From NCBI GenBank assembly GCA_049289815.1, contig JBATMK010000325.1, forward strand, positions 848-64,847: a stretch of 64,000 bases of DNA, given 5' to 3'. Shown here in pieces: positions 36,882 to 46,500 of the stretch. The notes under the pieces were generated by a model. That model had not been told where the DNA came from. It worked only from the letters and a program-made list of their open reading frames with translations, and ran no database searches. Every line of letters starts with the position of its first letter. The stretch's first letter is position 1. A program made the position numbers and the translations under genes. The DNA is from Flavobacteriales bacterium (lineage in GTDB: Bacteria > Bacteroidota > Bacteroidia > Flavobacteriales_F > PHOS-HE28).

Positions 36882-38156
36882 TCAAGCCAGGATGTTCCGC
36901 AGCAACTTATCGGTAACAGTGCCGAGCAGGTGCTCCTCCGCCCGATAAACACCAGTGTTCTCCACGCGGCGCTCGCCCATCAGCACAAATGGCAATTGCG
37001 CGGCAACATCCTCCACGCGCAGGGTATCGCCCAATCCGCGTGATACAACGTGGTCGGCCATGCCGCCAGCATCGCCGATGTGAAGGATGGGCGTTCCCAA
37101 GTACGCGATCTCGTTGAGTTTGGTGGTGACCAGGTCCTTCTTCTCGCGGGGCATGAAGGCAAGAACCACGTCGGCGCGGCGGATCAGTGGGGAGAGTTCA
37201 TGGCCCGGCACCGGATGGCGGAAATGGATACGGTCCTCTTGGCCGGCCTCATGCACCATGCGTTGGACGCGGGTGGTGTCATGGCCGGTGATGAAGAGGT
37301 CGAACACGAGGTTGCGCCAGCGCTCCGGTGCGAGATCCCGCACGCTGCCGAACGCCTTGAGCACTTCAACGAAGTAGTCGGCAAAGCCAGCTTCATGGCC
37401 CATGCTTCCTGCGTAGATCATGCGGAACATTCCGTCGTTCACAGGCTGCGGCAGTTGGGAGAGCTCATCGGGATCGATGATGTGTTCAAGCAATGTGCAT
37501 TTCGCCGCGTGCTTGGGGTAGGCCTGGTGGAGGTGGGCCAGGATCGCCGCTGATGGTGTGGTGATGCGATCGTAGCCCATCATCACTTCCAGTTCCAGCC
37601 GGTCCTCCGTTGCGCGTTGCCGCATTCCCATGCTTTCGCGGCCGTACAGGTGGCCCCATGTCCAGGGATCCCGCAGATCGGCAACCAAGTGAACGTCTTT
37701 GGAACTCTTCAGCACGAGCAACCGCTGCAAGTACGCGAAGGGAGGCCCCGTGGCGATAACGTGCAGGATGCCGTGCCTGTCGATCAACGCTTGGCAAGCG
37801 GGAAGCAGCACCGGTGCCCACCGTACCGAACGGTCGAACACATTTCCCCTCACCATCCAGGGCAACACACGCACCCATAGGCGGTAAGCAAGCCGTTCCG
37901 CAAAGGACGTGAGCGGCCGTTTCATCAGTACTTGCGGATAGCGTGCTGGCAGTACATACCGGTGTATCCCTTCCTGTTCGATGTCGGCATTCCAAAGCGA
38001 ACCCTTCAAGGCCTCACCCTGATCCGCGTGCACCACGTGCACCGGGTGCCCGCGCCGCGCCAGTTCCTTCGCCAGCTTGGCCCAGCGCCTTCCTCCGACC
38101 CCGCGGTAGGGCGGAAAGGTGTGGCTGATGATCAGGATGGGTTCGCCCGGTTGCAT
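36882..38156 (-). CDS. Glycosyltransferase-like protein (GT-B-like, family uncertain)
   Basis: 424 aa. The N-terminal ILIISHTFPPYRGVGGRRWAKLAKEL resembles a GT4 N-terminal domain. It is the source of the downstream duplicated fragment. Confidence 0.4.
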   Translation of the reverse strand: MQPGEPILIISHTFPPYRGVGGRRWAKLAKELARRGHPVHVVHADQGEALKGSLWNADIEQEGIHRYVLPARYPQVLMKRPLTSFAERLAYRLWVRVLPWMVRGNVFDRSVRWAPVLLPACQALIDRHGILHVIATGPPFAYLQRLLVLKSSKDVHLVADLRDPWTWGHLYGRESMGMRQRATEDRLELEVMMGYDRITTPSAAILAHLHQAYPKHAAKCTLLEHIIDPDELSQLPQPVNDGMFRMIYAGSMGHEAGFADYFVEVLKAFGSVRDLAPERWRNLVFDLFITGHDTTRVQRMVHEAGQEDRIHFRHPVPGHELSPLIRRADVVLAFMPREKKDLVTTKLNEIAYLGTPILHIGDAGGMADHVVSRGLGDTLRVEDVAAQLPFVLMGERRVENTGVYRAEEHLLGTVTDKLLRNILA

Positions 38157-38189
38157 GGAACGCGAAGGTGATGGGACGGTGGTGGCCGA

Positions 38190-38957
38190 TCACCGCTTCA
38201 CAAAGCGCTTGATGGCCTGCCACGTTGCCGCAGGGAAGAAGCGGATCAGGTCCTTGTAGGAAATGTGCATGGGATGGCGGTAACCCAGCTGCCTGATGAA
38301 GAGGTCCGGGTGCACAGCATCGAGCAAGCGGCTTTCCGGTCGGTAATAGGGGAGCAGTTGCGGCGATCGCTCCATCGCATCGCGCTGAACGTAGAGGAAG
38401 GTGTTCTGTTTGTACCAGACCTTCACCGCTGGGTTGTCCCAGAACACGGGGCGAACGGCATCCACGCAGACATAACCTCTCTTGGCGAAACGCTCCATCC
38501 AGAACGTGGGCCACCTCTCGTTCACATGATCCACCCCGCCTTGTCCCGGGATCGCCGCGCCGAACAGGACCATGGGTGCAGCAAGCGTAAGGCTCTCGAC
38601 CAGGTGATCGCTCTCCGCTTCGGGAAGGTGCTCACCGACTTCCAGCGATAGGGCCAGATCGTAACGATGCTCGGGCCGGTATACCTGTTTCAGGTCCCAA
38701 TGCTTGAAGGAACCGGGATCGATGGCCAGTTGGCGCGTATCGAGCCATTCCCCTTCCAAACCCATGACCTCCGGAACGCCTTTCTCTTGAAAGGCCTTCA
38801 ACCAAGTGCCTACCCCACAACCCATATCGATCACAGAGCGTGGCTCCACCAACTGCATCATGTGCGCTACGATGGCTTCGGCGGAACTGGAAGTCTTTAC
38901 ATGCCGGGTTTCGTAGAACGCCTTCCGGTAAGTGGCTTTGGATGCGGGAGCTGACAT
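38190..38957 (-). CDS. Class I SAM-dependent methyltransferase
   Basis: VIDMGCGVGTWLKAF motif I. Start refined to M at 38957. Confidence 0.6.
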   Translation of the reverse strand: MSAPASKATYRKAFYETRHVKTSSSAEAIVAHMMQLVEPRSVIDMGCGVGTWLKAFQEKGVPEVMGLEGEWLDTRQLAIDPGSFKHWDLKQVYRPEHRYDLALSLEVGEHLPEAESDHLVESLTLAAPMVLFGAAIPGQGGVDHVNERWPTFWMERFAKRGYVCVDAVRPVFWDNPAVKVWYKQNTFLYVQRDAMERSPQLLPYYRPESRLLDAVHPDLFIRQLGYRHPMHISYKDLIRFFPAATWQAIKRFVKR

Positions 38958-39226
38958 GGGTGGAACGAACAAGTCGCGGATAGCTGGCTGCGCCAGGCGA
39001 TCTTCCCGATGCCTGTCCGGTGGACAAGAATACGCACTGCCCCAGAACCCCATGGAGCATGCGTTCCCCGCGGCGCTGTGGCGTCCGTGTGCATCCCGGA
39101 GCAGTGCTCGTCGGGAACGATGGCATTGATCCGTGAGGCCGCGGTCCTGACTTCACAGCGTGAACGAAGGATTAGTTTCGCGCCCGCCCCAACAGGCCGG
39201 GTCCGCTCAACCCAGTAAGGTCCAAC

Positions 39227-40219
39227 ATGCGTCACGCGCTCATCACCGGAGGCTCCGGCTTCATCGGCAGTCATTTGGTGGACCGTTTGTTGGCCGAGGG
39301 CTCCCGGAGTGCTCCGGGATGGCGCATCACGGTGGTGGACAACTACGATCCGTTCTATGCACGGGAGGTGAAGCTTGCGAACCTTGCTCAGCATGTGGAC
39401 AACGAACGGTTACGGGTGCTTGAAGCCGATATTCTCGACAAGGATCTTGAGGAGCGCATCGGTCCGGGACCGATCGATGTGATCGTGCACATCGCGGCTA
39501 AGGCGGGCGTGCGTCCCAGCATCAAGGATCCTCTGGCCTACCACCGCGTGAACGTGACGGGCACGCTGAAACTGTTGGAATTGGCGCGCCACCGGAAGGT
39601 GCCGCACTTCGTTCTGGCCAGCAGCAGCAGCGTATATGGTGTGGACCCGAATGTGCCGTGGAAGGAGCAGGAACTGGGGTTGAAACCGATCAGCCCTTAC
39701 GCAGCCACGAAGCTGGCGGCCGAGCAATTCGGGCAGGTGTACGCGCACCTGCACGGCATGCAGGTAACGGCCTTGCGCTTCTTCACGGTATATGGTCCGC
39801 GTCAGCGCCCCGATCTGGCCATCCACCAGTTCTTCCGGAAGATCAAGGCCGGTGTACCGATCCAGCAATACGGCGATGGCAGCACGCGGCGCGATTACAC
39901 CTACGTGGACGATATTGTAAGCGGCGTTCGCGCCGCGATCGACCGGACCAAGGGCGGGCGCTTCGACATTTTCAACCTGGGCAACAGCGGCACGGTGACA
40001 TTGAAGGAGCTTATCGCGGCCATTGAAGACGAACTCGGGCTGAAGGCCATCATCGATCGGCAACCGGAACAGCCCGGCGATGTTCCGCAGACCTACGCTG
40101 ATACGGCCAAGAGCCTGCGCGATCTGGGGTTCGCACCCAGCACGCCCCTGGCGGTGGGCCTGAGGAAATTCCATGAGTGGATGCGCACGGTGGAAGTCGC
40201 GAACCCGGCCTCGCGATGA
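39227..40219 (+). CDS. NAD-dependent sugar epimerase (UDP-glucuronate 4-epimerase-like)
   Basis: GGSGFIGSHLVDRLL. The VVDNYDPFYAREVKLANL motif resembles the DNLNDYYD motif of UDP-GlcA 4-epimerases. Catalytic YAATKLAAEQF. Confidence 0.7.
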   Translation: MRHALITGGSGFIGSHLVDRLLAEGSRSAPGWRITVVDNYDPFYAREVKLANLAQHVDNERLRVLEADILDKDLEERIGPGPIDVIVHIAAKAGVRPSIKDPLAYHRVNVTGTLKLLELARHRKVPHFVLASSSSVYGVDPNVPWKEQELGLKPISPYAATKLAAEQFGQVYAHLHGMQVTALRFFTVYGPRQRPDLAIHQFFRKIKAGVPIQQYGDGSTRRDYTYVDDIVSGVRAAIDRTKGGRFDIFNLGNSGTVTLKELIAAIEDELGLKAIIDRQPEQPGDVPQTYADTAKSLRDLGFAPSTPLAVGLRKFHEWMRTVEVANPASR

Positions 40220-41277
40220 CCAATGGCAGTGAGCGGACCATGCGTGTGATCGGCATCAGCAACAAGACGCGCTACTGGCAGCACTACGCGTTCAGCAATC
40301 CGCCGGAGGGTTACCGTTACAGCCGCATGGCCGATGTGCCGTGGCATGTGTTGAAGGTGAGCAACCAGTTCCTTGCCCACACCAAATTGTTCCATCCGCT
40401 CAAGAAGGCGGACATCTTCCACACCTACAACAGCATCGTGGTGAACCACCGGCCGTGGGTGATCGAGGTGGAGAGCTACCTGCCACGGTACAAGCCGATG
40501 CCCGAGAGCCACCCGTTCTTCAAATGGGGCCTGCGGCGCTTGCGTAGCAAAGAGTGCAAGGCGTTGGTGTACACCAGCGAGAACACGGCGCGCATGAACC
40601 GTGATCGGCTGATCGAGCAGGGCGTGGATCCTGCCAAAATGCACGTGATCTATCGTGCCATTGAGCAGTACCTGCCCGGCGAGAAGGACAAGGAACGTTT
40701 CACGATCCTCTTCGCCGGCAACGGGTTCTACCGCAAGGGTGGCGTGGAATTGCTCAAGGCGTTCCAGCGGTTGGGGCGGGCCGATGCACGCCTGGTGATC
40801 GTGAGCACCCTGGAAGTGGATTGGGGCATCACGCCCTCGTTGGAGGACATTGCATATGTGGAGAAGACCATTGCCGAGGACAAGCGCATAACGCTGCACC
40901 GTGGCATGAGCCACGCTGCGTTGTTGCAGGAAATGCGCAAGGCGCATGTCTTCGTCAGCACCACGTTCGCCGACCCCTTCAACAACACGGTGCTGGAGGC
41001 CATGGGTGCACAGTTGCCTGTGATCAGCAGCGTCGTGAGTTCGATACCGGAAATGGTGGAACACGAGGGCAACGGCTGGTTGCTGCCGGTCAATGATCGC
41101 AGCAGCGATGCCATCGCCGGCGATATCACCGGCCACCTGCGACAGCTCATGGACGACCCTGCGCTTTTGCAACGCATGTGTGCGCGATCGCTGGCCATCA
41201 CACGGGAGAAGTTCGACCTGCGCGTACGCAATAGGCGTATGGTCGAACTCTACGACAAGGCTCTGGAAGGGAGGTAA
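40216..41277 (+). CDS. Glycosyltransferase family 4
   Basis: TTFADPFNNTVLEAMGAQLPVISSVVSSIPEMV EX7E motif. ATGA-type overlap with the upstream epimerase gene. Confidence 0.75.
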   Translation: MTNGSERTMRVIGISNKTRYWQHYAFSNPPEGYRYSRMADVPWHVLKVSNQFLAHTKLFHPLKKADIFHTYNSIVVNHRPWVIEVESYLPRYKPMPESHPFFKWGLRRLRSKECKALVYTSENTARMNRDRLIEQGVDPAKMHVIYRAIEQYLPGEKDKERFTILFAGNGFYRKGGVELLKAFQRLGRADARLVIVSTLEVDWGITPSLEDIAYVEKTIAEDKRITLHRGMSHAALLQEMRKAHVFVSTTFADPFNNTVLEAMGAQLPVISSVVSSIPEMVEHEGNGWLLPVNDRSSDAIAGDITGHLRQLMDDPALLQRMCARSLAITREKFDLRVRNRRMVELYDKALEGR

Positions 41278-41323
41278 GATCTGCGATCATGCCACTTCAA
41301 CCTTCCACACTGCACTTTCCAGT

Positions 41324-42100
41324 CTACCTATCGTAGCAACAGCGCAGTTTCCGGGGCACCGTATCGAACGCCGGACCAACGCTTGAATGGGTGCAGCTCG
41401 TGGCTCCGACCACACGCACCCCGCCGGGGCCGTTCCCGGTATTGTTGGTCCACTCCCATTGGTTGCCCATGTTCTGCAAGCCGATCATGCCGGCCTGCGT
41501 GCAGGCGAAATACCATTCGCCCCAAGTGCATACACGCGCATCGAGGTTGCCGCACAGAACGGATGCGGCATCCAGGTACAGTGTATCATGGGATACCGGC
41601 TCAATGCAGTACAGTTCGTTCACCTGCACGAAGCCCGTAGGGCAGGCGCGGCGTTCCACCCTGCGCGCGTTCGTGAGGTGGAAGACGGTGCCATCGAACA
41701 CCAAACCGGCCACCATGCCGGGTTGCAGATCGCCGGCCTGCAGATCGAGCGATCCGTTCTTGAGCACCGGATAAGGACCGCTGCCGTCCACACTGATCGT
41801 AACGGCGCCAGTGTTCGCAGCCGTGATCTTCACCAGCACGTTCGTACCCGCGATCGGCACGGTCAGGGCTGGGGTGAGGAATATGGACAGCACATCGCTG
41901 CCGGTGGCTAACGCGTAACTGTAAGCTCCTGCTTGCAATGTGCCCGCGCCCAGGGCATGATCCGACGCGGCGCCATCGGGAAGCCCGGCCACATGCCTAT
42001 CGGCGGCCGCGCCGGTGAGGATGATCGGTGCGTCGATGGAAACCTGCGCCGTTGATCGCAATGTGCCGATTGCCAGCAGGAGCAGGAGCGCGTGCTTCAT
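41324..42100 (-). CDS. Secreted protein with a conserved Cys-rich C-terminal domain ending RCCY (tandem paralogue 1)
   Basis: Signal peptide MKHALLLLLAIGTLRSTAQ. N-terminal beta-rich domain of about 130 aa, then CPTGFVQVNELYC...LCGNLDARVCTWGEWYFAC...NQWEW...RCCYDR. Start refined to 42100. Confidence 0.55.
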   Translation of the reverse strand: MKHALLLLLAIGTLRSTAQVSIDAPIILTGAAADRHVAGLPDGAASDHALGAGTLQAGAYSYALATGSDVLSIFLTPALTVPIAGTNVLVKITAANTGAVTISVDGSGPYPVLKNGSLDLQAGDLQPGMVAGLVFDGTVFHLTNARRVERRACPTGFVQVNELYCIEPVSHDTLYLDAASVLCGNLDARVCTWGEWYFACTQAGMIGLQNMGNQWEWTNNTGNGPGGVRVVGATSCTHSSVGPAFDTVPRKLRCCYDR

Positions 42101-42876
42101 CACCGGAGTTGATAACAGCAGCGCGTGGTGCCCAGGTCGGTGGTGGTGGCCGAGATGTTGAACATGCTCTTGCAGGTCCAACGCCCGATCTGGTCCACCG
42201 AATGCGTATGATCGCTCGTGTCGTCGATCCACTCCCAGTTGTTGAACAGGCCCGCTAGCTGCCCCTGCAAAGCCTGGCAAGTGAAGAGGTATTCATCCCA
42301 AGTACACAGCGCCGCGCCGCGTTCGGCACAATACTGGGCTGCGGCGAACCAGTTGAGCGCCGGCCCTTCCCCCTGCATGATGCACAACCTGGCGTTCGCT
42401 TGCAAGTAGCCATCGGGGCAACCAGTGGGTTCGGATCCCAGCAGGATGAACATGCTATCGGCGTATTGCGCTTCAGCCGGCAGGCCGGAGCGCAGGGCGC
42501 TCACCGGCAAGGATAGGCCAGTGCGATCGCGCAGCGGCACGGGCCCCAGGCCGTCCAGGTCGAGCGTTACCGCAGCCGTGTTGGAAGCCGTGGGTATCCA
42601 CCGCACACGCAATCCGTTGGTGTATGCCAGGGTGGCCGGTTGCAGGGTGAGGAGGACCGCGTTGGCACCTCCACTGGTAAGGGCCCATGCAAGACTTCCG
42701 CCCTGGGCGGCTCCCAGGGTCACCAGGTTATTGAGCGAAGTGGCCGGTGCGAGGCCATCGATCCGGCGATCTGTGGGATCCGCCCCGGTGAGCACCAATG
42801 GTTTGTCCAGGTTGACTTGCCCGAACGCGAGGTGTGCGATCAGCGCTGCTGGACCGATGATCAGCGCGCGCCTCAT
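42100..42876 (-). CDS. Secreted Cys-rich C-terminal domain protein (tandem paralogue 2)
   Basis: MRRALIIGPAALIAHLAFGQ signal peptide. CPDGYLQANARLC...YCAERGAALCTWDEYLFTC...NNWEW...TRCCYQLR. Start refined to 42876. Confidence 0.55.
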   Translation of the reverse strand: MRRALIIGPAALIAHLAFGQVNLDKPLVLTGADPTDRRIDGLAPATSLNNLVTLGAAQGGSLAWALTSGGANAVLLTLQPATLAYTNGLRVRWIPTASNTAAVTLDLDGLGPVPLRDRTGLSLPVSALRSGLPAEAQYADSMFILLGSEPTGCPDGYLQANARLCIMQGEGPALNWFAAAQYCAERGAALCTWDEYLFTCQALQGQLAGLFNNWEWIDDTSDHTHSVDQIGRWTCKSMFNISATTTDLGTTRCCYQLR

Positions 42877-43649
42877 TTGTTGTAGCAGCAACGGAAGTTG
42901 TTCGTGCCCAACGGGACCTGGGTCCCACCGCCATAGCAATCGGGGTTCATCGTTCCGGTTGTCAGGCCTGCGCGCTTTCCATGGTTGATGTCGTTGGCAG
43001 CACTATCGACCCATTCATACTCCACAATGCTGTTGACGAAACCGCCCGGCATGCTGCAACCCCGGAACCAATCGGCCCAACCGCACAAGCGCAAGCCGCG
43101 CAAACCGCATTGGCTCACAGCATTGTACCACGATGTGGGCCCATAGGGCACTGCCTCTGCGCACACCTCCCGGCTTACGTCCAGGAAACCCGGAGGGCAC
43201 GCGATACCGGTTTGCGAGAGCAGTTGGAAAGCGGCGCCATCATACACCAGCAGGACTGGAATGCCGGGTCGCAGATCCGCGCTGTCGAGCTGTTCCGTAG
43301 TGAATTTCAGTACCGGCACAGCACCAAGCCCATCCACGTTCAAGGTGGTCGGTGCCGTATTGGCAACGCTGGGCGTAATGCTCAGCAGCATGCCTGCGGT
43401 GTAACCGGTGATAGCGGGGACCAGGACAGCAGTGAGCGCATCGGTGCCTTGTGCCACGGCATAGGTGGTGCTTTGCGTGCGCACGCTCGCTGCGTTCGCC
43501 CCGTGATCGGCGGCGGTGGGCAAGGCAAGGCCCATCAATTGGCGATCCGCAGGAGTGGCACCATCCAAGACCACAGGCACCGGCAAATCCCATTGTGCGT
43601 TCGCGGCGACGCACGCGAGAACGGCGAGAACGGTGAGTGAATGCTTCAT
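42873..43649 (-). CDS. Secreted Cys-rich C-terminal domain protein (tandem paralogue 3)
   Basis: MKHSLTVLAVLACVAANAQ signal peptide. CPPGFLDVSREVC...QCGLRGLRLCGWADWFRGC...EYEWV...FRCCYNK. Confidence 0.55.
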   Translation of the reverse strand: MKHSLTVLAVLACVAANAQWDLPVPVVLDGATPADRQLMGLALPTAADHGANAASVRTQSTTYAVAQGTDALTAVLVPAITGYTAGMLLSITPSVANTAPTTLNVDGLGAVPVLKFTTEQLDSADLRPGIPVLLVYDGAAFQLLSQTGIACPPGFLDVSREVCAEAVPYGPTSWYNAVSQCGLRGLRLCGWADWFRGCSMPGGFVNSIVEYEWVDSAANDINHGKRAGLTTGTMNPDCYGGGTQVPLGTNNFRCCYNK

Positions 43650-44518
43650 GGTTTCACGAAGCGCAGTTGATGTGTGCCGTTCACCAATACGGCATAGGCC
43701 CCCGGCGACAACATTGAAATGTCAATGACAGCGTTGGTGGTGGATGCGGAGCCCGAGTACACGATCCGGCCGCGCGCATCGAACACCTGGAACGGGCCGA
43801 TCCGTGTTGCGCCATGCACTGTAACAGTTCCGGTGGCCACGGTAGGGAACAGGTGGAAACCATCGCGACCGACCAACACCGCTACATCGGAGATCACCGC
43901 ATCATCGAAGAGGGTGAACCAGCCCAAACTGTCGGGCAGGGTTGCCGTAGCCGTGTGTGCGCCGAGATCGATCGTGCTGCCGAGCTCCGGCCACCAAGTG
44001 CCACCAGTGCCACTGCGCGCCATGCGCAGGGCGGCTTCAGGGATCCCGTTCAGTTCGGTAAGGTCGAAGAACAACACGCCACTTGCACCAAGCGCTTGCA
44101 CCGCTCCGGATCTCACGCGGTACCAACGTGCGATGCTCTCCACAGCGAGGTTGTTGATGCGCGGCAGATGTCCGCGCTCCACAATGAAACTGTCGGGCGC
44201 AAGAGCAGTGGTGAAGCTGAAACCGAGCCCGGCCGGTTCGGTGAAAGTGAGCGGTGCACTGTAGAGGCGGGAAGTGATCTCGGTACCTGCACCGGTAATG
44301 GGCGCACCCGCTTGCTCATCCAGTTCCGCTTGCGGGCCGAAGACGATACGGCCATCGTTCACCATGTATGATCCAGCCTCAACAGTGAAGCTGACCGGCG
44401 CTTCGATGTGAAGGGTCGTGCCATTGCTCACGGCCAATGACGTGCCCTGATGCAAGACCATCTGGCCTTGGCAAGTCATAGAGACCACTGCAATGCAAGA
44501 AAGAAGGGCCCGCTTCAT
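43646..44518 (-). CDS. T9SS type-A C-terminal sorting domain protein (secreted cargo)
   Basis: Signal peptide MKRALLSCIAVVSMTCQGQ. The C-terminal roughly 80 aa (..IVYSGSASTTNAVIDISMLSPGAYAVLVNGTHQLRFVKP) matches the Por-secretion tail. ATGA overlap with paralogue 3. Start refined to 44518. Confidence 0.6.
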   Translation of the reverse strand: MKRALLSCIAVVSMTCQGQMVLHQGTSLAVSNGTTLHIEAPVSFTVEAGSYMVNDGRIVFGPQAELDEQAGAPITGAGTEITSRLYSAPLTFTEPAGLGFSFTTALAPDSFIVERGHLPRINNLAVESIARWYRVRSGAVQALGASGVLFFDLTELNGIPEAALRMARSGTGGTWWPELGSTIDLGAHTATATLPDSLGWFTLFDDAVISDVAVLVGRDGFHLFPTVATGTVTVHGATRIGPFQVFDARGRIVYSGSASTTNAVIDISMLSPGAYAVLVNGTHQLRFVKP

Positions 44519-44602
44519 TAGGAGGCCGAAAATAGCCCTGCCAGCACCTTTCCACCAAACGCCCCCGGCTACTTTTGGCCGCCTTCGAGCAACAAGGCTC
44601 TC

Positions 44603-45001
44603 ATGGACCTGAAAGCACTTCTGTACGATCAGCTCGGCCACTTCACGGTTGCGGACATTGCCATGATCCTCTTCGGCATGTTCGCCGCTGCATTGCTGGC
44701 CTGGCTGGCAGGTTTCATCGGCAGGGCGGTTGAAGGTGAGAGACGGCAGATGGCCTTGTTGGCGTGTGCGATCGCATTCGCTGTTTCCATCGTACGTGCC
44801 TCACTTCCGCTATCCGTGGCGTTGCTGGCCTCAGCGCTTTTCCTCCGGTCACCCATGAGCGAGGGCGGCTGGAAGCCTTTCGCACTGCGCGCGGTAACGC
44901 TGGCCATCGGTATCGGCTGCGGTGCCAGTGCTGCGTTGATCACCGTGGTACCGGCGGTGCTTCTCGCATTCCTACTGCGGTGGGCCAATAGCCGTTCCTG
45001 A
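44603..45001 (+). CDS. Small hydrophobic membrane protein (hypothetical)
   Basis: 132 aa with 3-4 predicted TM helices. Directly upstream of the CotH gene. No recognised motif. Confidence 0.3.
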   Translation: MDLKALLYDQLGHFTVADIAMILFGMFAAALLAWLAGFIGRAVEGERRQMALLACAIAFAVSIVRASLPLSVALLASALFLRSPMSEGGWKPFALRAVTLAIGIGCGASAALITVVPAVLLAFLLRWANSRS

Positions 45002-45006
45002 CGCTG

Positions 45007-46494
45007 ATGATGACGCGCATTTGGAACGTCCCGGCGGCGCTGTTCATCGGTTCGGCCGTGTGCTTCCTGCTTGCTGCGGCGCTACGGCCGGGATCGGTGG
45101 CGGGCTCGGAGCAACTGGCCCGGTATGGCAGGGTGGAGGATCTGCTGTATGCGCCAACCGCACTGCAATGGCGTCGGCCGATGGGCGACTTTCCTTGGGC
45201 GATGTTCACAACGGGACCCGTGCGTACGCAGCCGCCACGGGTCCATAGCCGGCTTGCTGTGGTCTCGTTGGTATTGCCTTACGATCACCTCTTCGATCCG
45301 GAGCATGGTCTTTACACCGTTGGCCATGCGATCCTTCACGATGCAGACCGCGTGGCCCTGAAGTACCTGCGCGAACCACGTTGGTGGAAGTATCCCGGCA
45401 ACTACTTGTTCCGCGGCAAGGAATGGGAGCGGAGCGCCAACATCGAGATCTTCGATGGCAACGGTGAACCGGTGTGCAACGAGCCGGTCGGCATCCGCAT
45501 CAACGGCAACACCACGCGCGGCTTCCCGCAAAAGGCGCTGCGCGTTTCCTTCTTTCCCGGGGCAGGGGGAGGACAAGCCATACGCCTCTTTGGCGATGAT
45601 GCGCGACACTATGACGAGATCGTCCTGCGGGCCAGCGGGAACGACCAGGACCGCACCATGTTCCGGGATGCGGTGCAGCACCGGCTGTGCGAAGCGCTTC
45701 CCTTCGACGTGAGCCGTGCCGTGCAGAGCGTGGTGTACATCAATGGTGCGTACTGGGGCATCCACAACATACGCGAACGGGTGGAGGACGATGAGCTGGC
45801 CATCCGATATGGGTTGAAGAAGAACAACATCGTGGTTTTGGCCGATCGTGCATTGCCATACCGCGGCGATGATGATGGTGTGGAAGCGAAGCGTTTCAAG
45901 ATGTGGTTGAAGCGGATGGAGCGGATGGATCCGCAGGCAGGGATGCTGCAGGATTCGATCGCCGCCGTTGTGGATCCCGAGGGGTTCCTGCACTACATGG
46001 CCGCACAGATCATTTTCGGCAACACCGATTGGCCGGACCAGAACGTGAAATTCTGGAGGTTCACCGGCAAGGCCGATACGGCGAACGCGAAGACCGATGG
46101 TCGTTGGCGCTTCATCATGGGCGATAGCGACCTGAGCTTCGGATATGCCGAACTACCCGCCGACGCGTACCCGGACATGTTCGCGCATTTGGAGCGCAAA
46201 CAAGGCCCGGTGGCCCGGTTGTTCCGTTGTTGTATGCGGTCACCGGAAATGGAAGCGCGGTTCGGCGTTATCCTGCGGCAGCTCTTGGACGGGTCGTTAT
46301 CGGGACAGCGCATGGAAAGCATGGTGCACGAGATGGCCCGCAACATCGACGCGGAGATGCATCGGCAGGTGCGCCGTTGGCGCCGACCACGGGATCACGC
46401 GGTCTGGCAGAGCCATGTGCACCATATGGTCACCTTTGCGCGGGGCCGCTCCACCGTGGTGTGGGGTCAATGGCAGGCCTGGCAGCAGCACTGA
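45007..46494 (+). CDS. CotH-family protein (atypical kinase fold)
   Basis: CotH-like blocks: VGIRINGNTTRGFPQKALRVSF, DRTMFRDAVQHRLCEALPF...VVYINGAYWGIHNIRERVE, IFGNTDWPDQNVKFWRF, IMGDSDLSFG. Confidence 0.55.
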   Translation: MMTRIWNVPAALFIGSAVCFLLAAALRPGSVAGSEQLARYGRVEDLLYAPTALQWRRPMGDFPWAMFTTGPVRTQPPRVHSRLAVVSLVLPYDHLFDPEHGLYTVGHAILHDADRVALKYLREPRWWKYPGNYLFRGKEWERSANIEIFDGNGEPVCNEPVGIRINGNTTRGFPQKALRVSFFPGAGGGQAIRLFGDDARHYDEIVLRASGNDQDRTMFRDAVQHRLCEALPFDVSRAVQSVVYINGAYWGIHNIRERVEDDELAIRYGLKKNNIVVLADRALPYRGDDDGVEAKRFKMWLKRMERMDPQAGMLQDSIAAVVDPEGFLHYMAAQIIFGNTDWPDQNVKFWRFTGKADTANAKTDGRWRFIMGDSDLSFGYAELPADAYPDMFAHLERKQGPVARLFRCCMRSPEMEARFGVILRQLLDGSLSGQRMESMVHEMARNIDAEMHRQVRRWRRPRDHAVWQSHVHHMVTFARGRSTVVWGQWQAWQQH

Positions 46495-46500
46495 ACCGCC

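Noticed and set aside
39227-40219. Calling 39227..40219 a UDP-xylose synthase, which would strengthen a xylose-kinase (Fam20B-like) story for CotH
   Set aside because: The DNYDPFY motif and the absence of the NTYGP signature fit a UDP-glucuronate 4-epimerase better than a decarboxylase. Only 53921..54856 carries the UXS-like FNTYGP motif. I left the xylose hypothesis as inference only.
41324-43649. Possibility that the three ...CCY paralogues are DGR (diversity-generating retroelement) variable proteins
   Set aside because: No reverse transcriptase ORF and no template-repeat/variable-repeat DNA pair with adenine-specific differences is visible nearby. The divergence between copies is spread across the whole protein rather than focused in a C-terminal VR. 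I kept it only as a structural analogy.
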